Positions 8,998-18,989 are shown, counted from the stretch's first letter. The stretch is DNA of 45,821 bases from Aureliella sp. (GCA_036804625.1 DAIRSD010000001.1:1-45821); one strand, 5' to 3'. Notes: generated by a model from the sequence alone, not told the origin. Numbers and translations: made by a program.

Positions 8998-11479
8998 GCA
9001 CAGGGGCGTACAGGACATTGACCGAACAAGAGAAGGTCTGCACAGGATGGGTACAGCACGAAAAACCGCCAAGAGAGTTCCAACGTCGGACAGGCGGTCT
9101 GCCTTAAGTTTTTGGCAACATCTAATGTGGCCGATCTGCCATGCTGGTTTGGGCGTTTTGACAGTCTGGTCGATGCTACAGCCACTAGATTCGGTCAGCG
9201 TCTTTGTTGGCGATGCGCTGCCACAAAATTTGGGCTGGCTGATATTAGCATGGATAGTTTCGATAGCCGTTTGGTCGTCGGGCTGGCGCTGGCCACTACG
9301 CATGGCCGAAGTTGGAGTGCTGCTTGTGATTTTAGTGGGAAAGTTTGCAGTCACCATTCACTCGGGTTGGAACAACAATCCGCGCACGGGATGGAATGGC
9401 TTTTGGCACATCGTTGGCCTGTTGAGCTTTTATAGTAGCCTGCGGTGTTTGTTGACTTCGGACATCGTGCGATCCATGCTAGCCGTCATCCTATTTGCAG
9501 GTTCAGTTGCGCTGGCCATCGAAAGCGCTTTTCAGTTGTTGGTCGAATTTCCCGAGCAACGCCGTCAGTACGCCAGTGATCCGCAGCGCATGCTCAAAGA
9601 GGTTGGAATCAGTGCAGCAGAAGGCAGCGCCCAGCGCATGAGGTTCGAGGCTCGTTTGTATAGTCCTGAACCACTGGCGACATACGCGCTCACCAACTCA
9701 CTTGCCGTGCAACTGAGCGGTGCCTTGGTGGCCGGAATTTCACTGCTCTATGCAAGTTTGCCAATAGTTGGCAGGACGCAGCACAGCCGAGACCGCAAGG
9801 TAAATGCCCCTTCGCTCGGTCCTGAACTAAAGAGTGGCGAAGTGGGTTCTGAAGCGGTTACAAGAAAAGGCGGGTTAAGTCGATTTGGGTTGCAAGTTTG
9901 CCAATGGGTATTGATAGGACAAATAGCAATTTTGATCAGTATCTGGTTTGCGACGCGCAGCCGCGCCGCATTCTTGGCGGTTGGTGCAACGGTACTGATA
10001 GGGCTGATAGGGCGTTTGGTGGGAGGGTTGCAGACGGGAGAATCAGTAGGCCTGCTGCGACTATTCAAACGCAGCGGTCCGTTATTGTTCTGCGTTGCTA
10101 TTGGCTGCCTGGCAACAATTGGCATCCTGTGGATCGCGTTCCCAGATTGGCTGTCAGCCGCCGGTCGCAGCGCAGCGTTTCGTCGCGATTACTGGGCGGC
10201 CTCTTGGCACATGCTGGCAGATCATGGCTGGTTTGGAGTCGGGTTGGGTAACTTTCAGAGCTACTATCCGCGATACATGTTGCCAACAGCCAGTGAAACG
10301 ATTGCCGATCCGCATAACTGGGTGTTGGATTTGGCGGTGACATGCAGTGTCCCTCTGGCTCTGGTGATGATAGGTGGACTTCTTCGTCTGCTAACTATCG
10401 GGCCTCTGCCCTGCCCAGGTCACGATCATTCAGATGGAAAGACCGCTGAGCCGGACAAAGGGAACGCTTGTTGGTTAGCTGTCGGTGCTGTGCTTGGCGC
10501 GGTCGCAGTGCTGGCCGGTGTTGGTATTCTGGAGCGACCGGTTGGTTCGCTAGTTTTCGCAGTGTTTTTAGCTTGTTTGCTTGCCGCGTGGACCTGGCCA
10601 CTTGCGCGGCATCAGGCGTCGGAAGTCTGGTGGTGGCACAAGCTGGCCGCCATAGCCATGTTGCTTTGCTTGCTGGTTAGTGGTTCTTGGCAAGCGCCAG
10701 GTTTGGTGGTTGGTCTGTTATGCTACCTTGTGTCTGGCGCAGGTTGGCAGTCAGAGACGGCTGGCGGCATAGCTCAGCAATCTATGCGCAGTAAGCGATC
10801 GGTTGCTTTGCTGGTGACGGTCGGTTTTACTTTGCTTCTGATTGGTTTTATCTGGCAGAGCTGGAATCCAGTGCTCAGGAGTTCCGCAGAGGTCCATGGG
10901 GTTTTCTCAAATCCAGCCAGTCAGCGAGAGGCTGCTAGGCGAGCTGCACAGATTGATCCCTGGGAGGCCGTTTGGAATCGTTATCAGATTGAGTTGTCGG
11001 TACAGGCCGCGGTAGTAGCAAGTAACGCGGCCGACTTTGAGCGTTGGCAGGAGCAAATCAATCAGTCGATCCAGCGGTGGACGGAGCGCGAGTCGGTTTC
11101 GTTTTTGACTTGGCAACGGGCCGGCGAGCACTATTTGGAGTTGGCTGCCAAGGCAAATGATTGGGGGCTTGCTGTCCAGCCACTTCTGCATTCTGCCGGA
11201 AAGTGCTACGAAAATGCCACCTACGCTTATCCAACTAGTGTCCAGTTGCGCATTCAATTGGCTTATTGTCTATTGCGGCTGGGCGACCTAAAAGCGGCTA
11301 GGCATCAGCTTGGTATTGCTGAGCAACTGGATCAGGGAACCTCCCACCAAGACCGAAAAATAGGTAGTCAACTAATTTGGATGCCGGAGCCCCCCATTGG
11401 CTGGTCTGCGGCAACAAACCGAGAACAATACTGGCGTCCGGCAGAACCTGCCGTAGCCTGGATTCGTAGTCAGCTCTAA
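8987..11479 (+). CDS. O-antigen ligase / O-oligosaccharyltransferase-like (Wzy_C) membrane protein with C-terminal TPR-like region
   Basis: Many TM helices; 'ATRSRAA', 'RRDYWAASWHM', 'GVGLGNF', 'DPHNWVL'; helical C-terminus. Confidence 0.85.
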   Translation: MDLRHRGVQDIDRTREGLHRMGTARKTAKRVPTSDRRSALSFWQHLMWPICHAGLGVLTVWSMLQPLDSVSVFVGDALPQNLGWLILAWIVSIAVWSSGWRWPLRMAEVGVLLVILVGKFAVTIHSGWNNNPRTGWNGFWHIVGLLSFYSSLRCLLTSDIVRSMLAVILFAGSVALAIESAFQLLVEFPEQRRQYASDPQRMLKEVGISAAEGSAQRMRFEARLYSPEPLATYALTNSLAVQLSGALVAGISLLYASLPIVGRTQHSRDRKVNAPSLGPELKSGEVGSEAVTRKGGLSRFGLQVCQWVLIGQIAILISIWFATRSRAAFLAVGATVLIGLIGRLVGGLQTGESVGLLRLFKRSGPLLFCVAIGCLATIGILWIAFPDWLSAAGRSAAFRRDYWAASWHMLADHGWFGVGLGNFQSYYPRYMLPTASETIADPHNWVLDLAVTCSVPLALVMIGGLLRLLTIGPLPCPGHDHSDGKTAEPDKGNACWLAVGAVLGAVAVLAGVGILERPVGSLVFAVFLACLLAAWTWPLARHQASEVWWWHKLAAIAMLLCLLVSGSWQAPGLVVGLLCYLVSGAGWQSETAGGIAQQSMRSKRSVALLVTVGFTLLLIGFIWQSWNPVLRSSAEVHGVFSNPASQREAARRAAQIDPWEAVWNRYQIELSVQAAVVASNAADFERWQEQINQSIQRWTERESVSFLTWQRAGEHYLELAAKANDWGLAVQPLLHSAGKCYENATYAYPTSVQLRIQLAYCLLRLGDLKAARHQLGIAEQLDQGTSHQDRKIGSQLIWMPEPPIGWSAATNREQYWRPAEPAVAWIRSQL

Positions 11480-11530
11480 AATCGTTACCGTCTGTGCGTG
11501 AATATCCTTCTTGGAGATGTTAGAGATTTT

Positions 11531-12718
11531 ATGATTCGAATACTAGTGATCGCGGTAATTGCCTTAGGATTGGGCGCGACGATTGGCACCTTGCAAGCGA
11601 AATGGAAGCGACGGGGCGTCGTGGAGCAATTTCAGGTGGCTAGTACAGCCGCTGGATCTGGTCAGGCACAACCGGTCCAAGACCGAGTGGTCGGCATTCC
11701 CAAGTTGGAGTTGCCAGACGGAGACACTTTTCGGTTTGGGCAGATGCTGCACGGTTCATCGATGAGCCACGATTTCCTAGTTCGGAACTCAGGAGATGGG
11801 CCTCTAACTCTTGAGCAAATCGGTTCTACCTGCAAGTGTACCGTTGGCAAATTGAGCAACAATGTGTTGAAGCCGGGCGAAGAAACAAAAGTCACATTAA
11901 CTTGGCGAGCGCAAGTGGTGGCACCGGTTTTTGGCCAGTCGGCTACATTCAAGACGAACGACACCCAGCAGCCCGAACTGCGTCTGCAGATCGAAGGCAG
12001 CGTCATTGATAGCTTTGTCTTTGAGCCATCCTCGGTGGACTTGGGCGACTTCATGACCAGTCAGGGAGCGACTCGTCAGTTCATGGTCTATTCCTACAGC
12101 GATCCAGACGTGGAATTGTCGCAGACGCAGTGGACGGACTCGAATTCTGTCAGCCATATTCAGCTTAGTCACCAACCGATGGAAATAGATCCAACCAGCC
12201 CACATGCCAAGGCCCATCGAGCTTATCGCCTGAATCTTAGTGTTGGTCCGGGGATGCCGTTGGGACCACTGTCTACCAAGATTCGATTTGTGACCAACCA
12301 CGGAGAACAGATCGAAGTTCCCGAATTGGAAGTCAACGGCCGAGTTGTTAGCGAGATATCGATAGTTGGCGGCACTGCGTTCAACGCACAGCGTAACATG
12401 CTGGACATGGGTACCGTGTCAGCCAAGCAAGGTGCCAGCATCCATCTTTATCTGGTGGTTCGGGGCGATGATCGAGAGGGGTTTGAAGTGACGGCCGAAC
12501 AAGCCGAGGCTAACGAGTCGTTAAAGGTCCAAGTAGCAGAGCCAAAAATTTTTGACGACCGAACCATGATTCCCATCCACTTCGAGGTTCCCAAGGGAGC
12601 GCCAGAAGTTTATTATCCTGGGACAGGGGCAGGAACTTTTGTGCCCGTGCTGATTCGTACAAGCTCCAGCAAACTTCCTGAACTACCCATTCGTGTCAGA
12701 GTGGTGGTGCGGCCTTAG
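11531..12718 (+). CDS. DUF1573 domain (Ig-like) membrane-anchored protein
   Basis: N-terminal TM helix; 'FRFGQM...SHDFLVRNSGDGPLTL...STCKCT...LKPGEET', 'TNDT..PELRL'; further beta-rich domains. Confidence 0.85.
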   Translation: MIRILVIAVIALGLGATIGTLQAKWKRRGVVEQFQVASTAAGSGQAQPVQDRVVGIPKLELPDGDTFRFGQMLHGSSMSHDFLVRNSGDGPLTLEQIGSTCKCTVGKLSNNVLKPGEETKVTLTWRAQVVAPVFGQSATFKTNDTQQPELRLQIEGSVIDSFVFEPSSVDLGDFMTSQGATRQFMVYSYSDPDVELSQTQWTDSNSVSHIQLSHQPMEIDPTSPHAKAHRAYRLNLSVGPGMPLGPLSTKIRFVTNHGEQIEVPELEVNGRVVSEISIVGGTAFNAQRNMLDMGTVSAKQGASIHLYLVVRGDDREGFEVTAEQAEANESLKVQVAEPKIFDDRTMIPIHFEVPKGAPEVYYPGTGAGTFVPVLIRTSSSKLPELPIRVRVVVRP

Positions 12719-12789
12719 CTAGCAAAGCAGCGGTAGGCGGGACGTTGCCACCGGAGGGAGGCTTTTTTTTCCATGGCGGGGAGTTGAGC

Positions 12790-14640
12790 ATGAAATTACG
12801 CATCCTAATTGCGACTCAGTTATTTGTTGCAAATATACTTTTGACCAGCGGATGTAAACCATCGGCAACGGAAGGTCAATCGACAAATGGTTCACCGTCT
12901 GATGGGCAAGTAGCCTCAACCAATTCCCAAACTACTAGTCGAACTTCTCAGACCAGTAGTTCTGTCCGCTCTGAAACGGTTGACAGGAAAAGTGAATTGG
13001 GTTCTGTCATCGAACTGAATGCAGATCCGCTGGTCGAAAGTCAGGCTGCGTCGGAAATTCAGGAGCCCATCGAGTCTGTTGCTCAGAATGCAGTTGCATC
13101 CGCTGAACGGTCAATCGCATCGCCAGCCGAAACCAGCGAGTCTCTGAGCCCGCCCGCCAGCGATGCAGCCAGCGATACTGCTGGCATTACTGCCAGTGCG
13201 GCTACCATGGATGTGGTTGCTACGGAGGCGGAGCGAAATCAGAAGATCGCTCAAGACTGGCCAGAACCACAGGCGGTATTGTATTTGTCTGGTCAGCAGC
13301 AAGGATACATCGAACCGTGCGGCTGTACGGGTCTGGAGTCACAGAAGGGTGGATTGATTCGGCGAGATACATTGTTGACCGATTTGCGGCAACGTGGCTG
13401 GGAGGTGGTGCCCATCGACGTTGGCAATCAAGTTCGCCGCGCTGGTGCACAATCTTTGATCAAATTCGAGACCTCAGCTCGCGCGCTCCAGCAGATGGGT
13501 TATCAGGCAGTAACGCTGGGTATTAACGATTTGAAGCTCTCCAAAGTAGACTTGATACAAATTGCCGGTAGCGAGGCCAGCAGCCCCAGACCGTTTATTA
13601 GCGCTAACGTTGCCGTGTTGTTGTCTGACTTCTGGCCGAGTTCTAAAGTAGTTCAGGCTGGTGGGCGAAAGATTGGCATCACGGCAGTCATGGGACAACA
13701 GCATCAAGTTGATATCAAAGACGAGTTAGAAAGCGGCGAAGTCGAGTTTACCGATCCTGTAACGAGTTTGCAAAAAGTAGTTCCAGAGCTTCAGGCCCAG
13801 GGGTGTGATTACATTGTTTTGTTGGCCCATGCGTCGTTGGCTGAAAGTGCCGATTTAGCGCGGTTGGTACCAGGCATCGATTTGGTTGTGACTGCGGGTG
13901 GTTTTGGCGAACCAACATTGAATCCGGAGCCGATCGAAGGATCGCAGGCAATCATGCTTCAGGTGGGGACTAAAGGTATGTACGGAGGGATTGTGGGTTT
14001 GTTTGATGATCCGCAGCAGCCGGTGCGCTATCAACGGCTAGCCATTTCGTCACAGTTCAAGGATTCACAAAGGATGTTAGAGCTGTTCGCAAACTATCAG
14101 GATCGCTTAAAAGAAGCGGGGCTGTCAGGCTTAGGATTGTCGCCAGCCACACATCCCAGCGGGCGTAAGTTTGTTGGTTCTGAAGTGTGTGGTGACTGCC
14201 ATACTAAAGCTTTTGAAATTTGGAAGGACAGTCCTCACGTTCACGCTACCGATTCGATCGTAGCAGCCAACAACGATCGCGGTGGAATAGCAAGGCACTT
14301 TGACCCTGAATGTATTAGTTGTCACGTCACGGGTTGGAATCCACAAGGCTTCTCTCCCTATGAATCGGGCTATTTAAGTCTTGATCAGTCGGAACACTTG
14401 CTTGGAAGTGGCTGCGAGAATTGTCACGGTCCCGGGTCGGCGCATTCGGCTGCTGAACTGGGTGACATCGAGGCTAGTGCCGAGATGCTGAAGGAACTGC
14501 GAGAAGAAATGATTCTGCCTTTAGCAAAAGCTGAAGTCAAATGCATGGAGTGTCACGACTTAGACAACAGTCCGGCGTTTCATGAGCCAGGAGCGTTCGA
14601 TAAATTCTGGGAGCAGGTCAAGCACTACGGAAAGGACTAG
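12790..14640 (+). CDS. Tetraheme c-type cytochrome (c554-like) lipoprotein with N-terminal UshA/5'-nucleotidase-like domain
   Basis: Lipobox LTSG-C; Ser/Thr/Ala-rich linker; 'GYIEPCGC', 'GGLIRR', 'FISANV', 'KIGITAV'; four CxxCH motifs (CGDCH, CISCH, CENCH, CMECH). Confidence 0.88.
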   Translation: MKLRILIATQLFVANILLTSGCKPSATEGQSTNGSPSDGQVASTNSQTTSRTSQTSSSVRSETVDRKSELGSVIELNADPLVESQAASEIQEPIESVAQNAVASAERSIASPAETSESLSPPASDAASDTAGITASAATMDVVATEAERNQKIAQDWPEPQAVLYLSGQQQGYIEPCGCTGLESQKGGLIRRDTLLTDLRQRGWEVVPIDVGNQVRRAGAQSLIKFETSARALQQMGYQAVTLGINDLKLSKVDLIQIAGSEASSPRPFISANVAVLLSDFWPSSKVVQAGGRKIGITAVMGQQHQVDIKDELESGEVEFTDPVTSLQKVVPELQAQGCDYIVLLAHASLAESADLARLVPGIDLVVTAGGFGEPTLNPEPIEGSQAIMLQVGTKGMYGGIVGLFDDPQQPVRYQRLAISSQFKDSQRMLELFANYQDRLKEAGLSGLGLSPATHPSGRKFVGSEVCGDCHTKAFEIWKDSPHVHATDSIVAANNDRGGIARHFDPECISCHVTGWNPQGFSPYESGYLSLDQSEHLLGSGCENCHGPGSAHSAAELGDIEASAEMLKELREEMILPLAKAEVKCMECHDLDNSPAFHEPGAFDKFWEQVKHYGKD

Positions 14641-15692
14641 CGCTGGTAGATCGGCAGCAGGCCGCGATCCAGTTGCAACATGATCAAGCTACAAGCCGTG
14701 ATGTACACGGGGCTGATCTGTCCATCCCAGTGACCGCCAGCTTTTTGCTCACTGACGATCCGTCTGTAAAGTCGATCGCGAAACGGCAGCCATTGCTCAT
14801 CACCTTGCCTGTAGACCACTTGGCTGTAATACAAGTAAGTGTAGTGCCAGTGCCCAAAAGCAGCACCTTGATCTGCTAGTTCGTCATGCAGCGACTCGCG
14901 AGCGTGCTGCATCATCTTGGGGACATTCTCGCCATCGTAGTCGCCAGCGTTGTAAAGTGCAGCCAGCGCAGCCGCTGTAATGGCTGGCCGTGAAGTACCC
15001 ATTTGCTTGCTGGAATAGCTGATGCCTCCATCAGCATTCATGCAGCGATAGATGTATTGTTTGGCGCGATCGATCGCTTCGGCCGGTACCGCGATTCCTG
15101 CGTTTCTGCAGCCGCGCAATCCCTGGACCTGAGTGACCGTCGTGGAGCCCTCGTCGTAGTTGGCACCATCCTTGGCGCTGACATAGCCCCAGCCACCCGC
15201 ATCGGTTTGAGCGTTGCAGCAAAACTGTACTGCCAGGTTGAGCCTTTCGATCAATTCCTTTCGACGATCTTCGTAGCCCTCTTCGCCCAGGACCTGACTG
15301 AGCATCAGCATGGCAAAGCCGTGTCCGTAGGTGTAGCGATTGTCCGTGGTCGGATCGCCGATCAATCCGTTGTCGTGGCACTTAGACAACAAAAAGTCGG
15401 TGCATCTGGCCACTTGTTTCGAGTATGGTCCTTGGGTTGTAGTCGAGCCCGAGCAGATCAGGGCTGTACCCGCCAGCGCGGTAATCGCCGTTGGGTACGC
15501 CATGGTACTCCACTGCCCACTGGTGCTTTGGGTCTTGGCCAGGTAATCCAAGCCCGCACGAATGCCTTGTTCCCACGCGGGTTCCAACCGTCTGGGGTTA
15601 GCCAGTAGTTGTCGACCGCGTCCCAGCAATCCCGTGCTGATTGCGGAAGCTATGGAGCCTGTCATCCATCGGCGTCGATCCCATTTCACCAT
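14637..15692 (-). CDS. Prenyltransferase/squalene-oxidase-repeat (alpha/alpha barrel) protein, Tat signal
   Basis: 'DRRRWM' Tat-like motif; repeats 'GLDYLAKTQSTSGQW', 'AQTDAGGWGY', 'CMNADGGISY', 'EQKAGGHW'; 'YGHGFA'. Confidence 0.87.
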   Translation of the reverse strand: MVKWDRRRWMTGSIASAISTGLLGRGRQLLANPRRLEPAWEQGIRAGLDYLAKTQSTSGQWSTMAYPTAITALAGTALICSGSTTTQGPYSKQVARCTDFLLSKCHDNGLIGDPTTDNRYTYGHGFAMLMLSQVLGEEGYEDRRKELIERLNLAVQFCCNAQTDAGGWGYVSAKDGANYDEGSTTVTQVQGLRGCRNAGIAVPAEAIDRAKQYIYRCMNADGGISYSSKQMGTSRPAITAAALAALYNAGDYDGENVPKMMQHARESLHDELADQGAAFGHWHYTYLYYSQVVYRQGDEQWLPFRDRLYRRIVSEQKAGGHWDGQISPVYITACSLIMLQLDRGLLPIYQR

Positions 15693-15701
15693 AAAATTCC
15701 C

Positions 15702-16046
15702 TTAAGGCTTTTCATCCATCGGGCAGACACAGACTAATCGTCCACATCCAGGGCAGCCATCACCATATTTCTTTCTGACCGCCTGACCTAGGTCAATGCC
15801 AGCTACATTGGCTATAGTAGCTAACCAGGCCAGGACATCAGCGAATTCACCACTCAACTCTTCCAACGAGCCTTCGCGGAGTGCGCTGGCAAGCTCGCCA
15901 ACCTCTTCCATCAGCCACATAAATGTTCCGTCCACTCCGCGTTGAACATCCTTTTCATGATACATTGCCCGAATTTTTGCCTGGAAATCTGTCAGGGAAA
16001 CATCATCGGCAGGACGTGACGAATCGGTTTCTTGATGACTGGACAT
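15702..16046 (-). CDS. MazG-like nucleotide pyrophosphohydrolase
   Basis: 'WLMEEVGELASAL', 'EFADVLAWL', C-terminal 'KKY..GCPGC...CVC'. Confidence 0.9.
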   Translation of the reverse strand: MSSHQETDSSRPADDVSLTDFQAKIRAMYHEKDVQRGVDGTFMWLMEEVGELASALREGSLEELSGEFADVLAWLATIANVAGIDLGQAVRKKYGDGCPGCGRLVCVCPMDEKP

Positions 16047-16230
16047 TTGGGATAGCTCACAGGCTTGTAGTATCGATGTAACACAGAGATGTTTTAGAGA
16101 TTCACAACACTCTTTAGTATACTGAGAATTGGGCTAGTGAGAATCGCAACCCTTCACAGATGGCATTTTGCGGTTACCATCTCTGACAAAACTCAGCGAA
16201 CCAGAGCAACCTCAACCAGTTCAATCTACT

Positions 16231-17460
16231 ATGGATTTTATTAGGATAACCAGTTTCAGACAGCATGTGATTTGGACTGTGCTTTTGCTATTTGCATCCC
16301 TACATCTCAAGGCTCAAGACGCTCAGCAGTCCACTGATCGGATCAGTTTTGCAAAAGAAGTTGCACCTGTATTGCGACAGCACTGTCACGGCTGCCACAT
16401 TGCTGGCCAGCAGGCGTCAGGCGGTTTGCGCATGGATACCTTTGCCCAGTTGATGCAGGGAGGGGATAGTGGCGCAATCATCAAACCCGCCAATTCCGAA
16501 GACAGTTTGTTGATTGGAAAGCTGACAGGGCAAGCATCAGGGCAACGCATGCCAGCCGGAGGTCGAGCGCCCTTGTCAAAACAGAAAATCGACTTGATTG
16601 CTGCTTGGATTCGACAAGGAGCGCGGTTCGATGGTCCTAGCCAGGATATGAACATTCAGACGTTAATCGATCAAGCCTGGGCGTCGGAGGCATCACATAG
16701 TGATTTGATGTACAAACGCATCGAGCGAGCACAGGGTAATTGGAAGCTTGCAATGCCTGATCAACAACCTGAGGAAGCTAGGTCGGAAGATTTTTATTTG
16801 ATTGGCAATGTACCACAGGCTCGACTGATAGAGGTCTTGCAGCAGCTTCAAAAGACAGCCGCTTTCGTAAGCAAGCAGCTTGCCGCGCCAAGTGATCAGC
16901 CGTTGATACGTGGTGGGTTAGTCGTCTATGTGTTACGCTCGCGCTATGACTACAGCGAGTTTGGACGCATGCAAGAAAAGCGTGAATTGCCACGTGGTTG
17001 GGTTGGACACTGGTCGGCTGATGCTGCGCAAGCGTATGGTGTCTTGTTGGACGAACAGTCAAAGATGTCCCACCTACCGGCTGTGACTGTGCAAATCTTG
17101 ACCGGGGCATATTTGGGAAGCCACATCGAGGTACCTGTTTGGTTTGCCGAAGGCATTGCCCGCAATTTAGTACTCAATCAGTTTCGTAAGAACGACCCGC
17201 GTGTTGCCAGTTGGCAGCAAGCGCTACAGGAAGTGGTCAGTAGCGTTCCCGATGCCAAGTCTTTGATTGCAGGCCAGTTGGATGAAGAGACTCTTGGCGT
17301 CGCAGGGCTAGCGATAACGCAGCCCATGTTATCTAAAAAAAATCGTCAGCAGTTTAACAAATTGTTAACGCAGTTGCGTACAGGCAAACCGTTTCCGCAA
17401 GCTATGAAATCCACCTTTGGCGAGCCAGAGCTGTTGATCAAGAATTGGCTTGGCAAATAG
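16231..17460 (+). CDS. Planctomycete cytochrome c domain protein with C-terminal metallopeptidase-like (apparently inactive) domain
   Basis: Signal peptide; 'SFAKEVAPVLRQHCHGCH', 'RMPAGG', 'AWIRQGA'; later 'PVWFAEGIA'. Confidence 0.82.
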   Translation: MDFIRITSFRQHVIWTVLLLFASLHLKAQDAQQSTDRISFAKEVAPVLRQHCHGCHIAGQQASGGLRMDTFAQLMQGGDSGAIIKPANSEDSLLIGKLTGQASGQRMPAGGRAPLSKQKIDLIAAWIRQGARFDGPSQDMNIQTLIDQAWASEASHSDLMYKRIERAQGNWKLAMPDQQPEEARSEDFYLIGNVPQARLIEVLQQLQKTAAFVSKQLAAPSDQPLIRGGLVVYVLRSRYDYSEFGRMQEKRELPRGWVGHWSADAAQAYGVLLDEQSKMSHLPAVTVQILTGAYLGSHIEVPVWFAEGIARNLVLNQFRKNDPRVASWQQALQEVVSSVPDAKSLIAGQLDEETLGVAGLAITQPMLSKKNRQQFNKLLTQLRTGKPFPQAMKSTFGEPELLIKNWLGK

Positions 17461-17582
17461 ACCTGTTAAGATCAATCGTTTCGACCGCTTGGTAATAGCC
17501 GCCCGCTGCATAACCGAGTATATTACAGCACCGTCACTCTGAATTCGTAATACGGCAAACCATTTCACTGGGAGATACGACA

Positions 17583-18428
17583 ATGAAATATGGCATGAAC
17601 CTACTCTTGTGGGGCGGCGAAATCAACGAAGCCATGCTGCCGACGATACAGCAGCTAAAGAAAATGGGCTACGACGGAGTGGAAGTCCCCATGTTCAATT
17701 TAGATTTGGATTACGCGGCATGGGGCAAGCGATTAAAAGATTTAGGTTTGGCATGCACGGCGGTTACGGTTCGCAATGCGGATGACAATCCAATCAGTTC
17801 GGATGCCGCAGTTCGAACGCGTGGTGTTGAGCTGAACAAGCGAACGCTGGACTGCTGCGCTGCCTTGGGAGCCGAAACTTTAGTAGGCCCATACCATTCA
17901 GCGATCGGAGTTTTTTCTGGCGCTGGACCAACATCCAGTGAGTGGCAGTGGGGTGTTGAAAGCATGCGAGCTGTAGCCGAGCATGCAGGACAGGTAGGAG
18001 TCTTATTGGGCGTCGAAGCGCTTAATCGTTTTGAATGTTACTTGCTGAACGCACATGCTGATGCCGCCAAGTTTGCTCGCCAAGTTGATCATCCGTCCTG
18101 CAGGATCATGTACGATACCTTTCATAGCAACATCGAAGAGAAGAACATTGGGGCGACGATCAGTGGTATCAAAGATATGCTATGCCATGTTCACATCAGC
18201 GAAAATGATCGCAGCACACCCGGAGCCGGAAACGTGCGATGGGAAGACAATTTCAGAGCACTCGGCCAGATAGGCTACGATGGATGGCTGGTCATCGAAG
18301 CCTTTGGACTGGCTCTGCCCGAATTGGCTGCGGCAACTCGAATATGGCGACGGATGTTTGATAGTGAATTAAAACTGGCCGAAGAAGGCTTGTCCTTCAT
18401 GAAGAGCCAGGTTGCCAAGTTCAAGTAG
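17583..18428 (+). CDS. Sugar phosphate isomerase/epimerase (D-tagatose/D-psicose 3-epimerase family)
   Basis: 'GYDGVEVP', 'GVEALNRFECYLLN', 'YDTFHSNIEE', 'HVHISENDRSTPG', 'LVIEAF'. Confidence 0.92.
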   Translation: MKYGMNLLLWGGEINEAMLPTIQQLKKMGYDGVEVPMFNLDLDYAAWGKRLKDLGLACTAVTVRNADDNPISSDAAVRTRGVELNKRTLDCCAALGAETLVGPYHSAIGVFSGAGPTSSEWQWGVESMRAVAEHAGQVGVLLGVEALNRFECYLLNAHADAAKFARQVDHPSCRIMYDTFHSNIEEKNIGATISGIKDMLCHVHISENDRSTPGAGNVRWEDNFRALGQIGYDGWLVIEAFGLALPELAAATRIWRRMFDSELKLAEEGLSFMKSQVAKFK

Positions 18429-18831
18429 TTCTAGCGGCATCTTTGTCACAAGCTACTTGACAGTTTGGGCAGTGTATCGCCATGCCAAACACGCGGCTGT
18501 CGCGCAGTCCCAGGGCGATCCATGCCACCACGCCAACGACGACGGGTGCGATAAATGGGTCGCCGACCCGAACGTGCGTGGCCGTTGCACAGCCCAAATA
18601 TGCGGTCAAAAGAATGGTGCCTACAAAAGCGGTCCTTGGAATCAAAAACATCACAGCGATGCCTATTTCCACGATCCCGATGTTGTACATGACACCGGTG
18701 TCCCAGCCAAGTTTGGCAAACATATTCTGCTTGCCCTCCCACTCAGTTAGCTTCCCCAAGGCACTGGCAAAAATCAAGAATGCCGCTAACAATACACTAA
18801 GCACCCACCCAGCAATTTTTGTCTTTGACAC
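18421..18831 (-). CDS. DoxX family membrane protein
   Basis: 'IAGWVLSVLLAAFLIFASALGKL', 'IGIVEI', 'IPRTAFVGTILLTAYLG.ATATHVRVGDP'. GTG 18831 follows AGGA; the longer ORF to 19017 is probably spurious upstream. Confidence 0.88.
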   Translation of the reverse strand: MSKTKIAGWVLSVLLAAFLIFASALGKLTEWEGKQNMFAKLGWDTGVMYNIGIVEIGIAVMFLIPRTAFVGTILLTAYLGCATATHVRVGDPFIAPVVVGVVAWIALGLRDSRVFGMAIHCPNCQVACDKDAARTT

Positions 18832-18989
18832 AATCACGCTTCCTATATTTTGAGTACGTTGCCAACGCAACAGACATGCGAAGTTTTTGCCTAGTTGGCA
18901 ACATAGGCTGACGTGTTCTAACATAATTTGTAGCGTAGTGTTGCGACTTTGTTGGGCACTTAATATTCGTAGTTCAGTTGGAGAAATCG

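Noticed and set aside
12722..12770. GC-rich segment followed by T8 between DUF1573 and the cytochrome gene
   Set aside because: The stem next to the T run is weak and imperfect, so I cannot call a terminator or riboswitch.
15003..15608. Long antisense and alternate-frame ORFs (this one, 260-790, 974-1486 and similar)
   Set aside because: They lie within well-supported genes and have no motifs; they are expected shadow ORFs.
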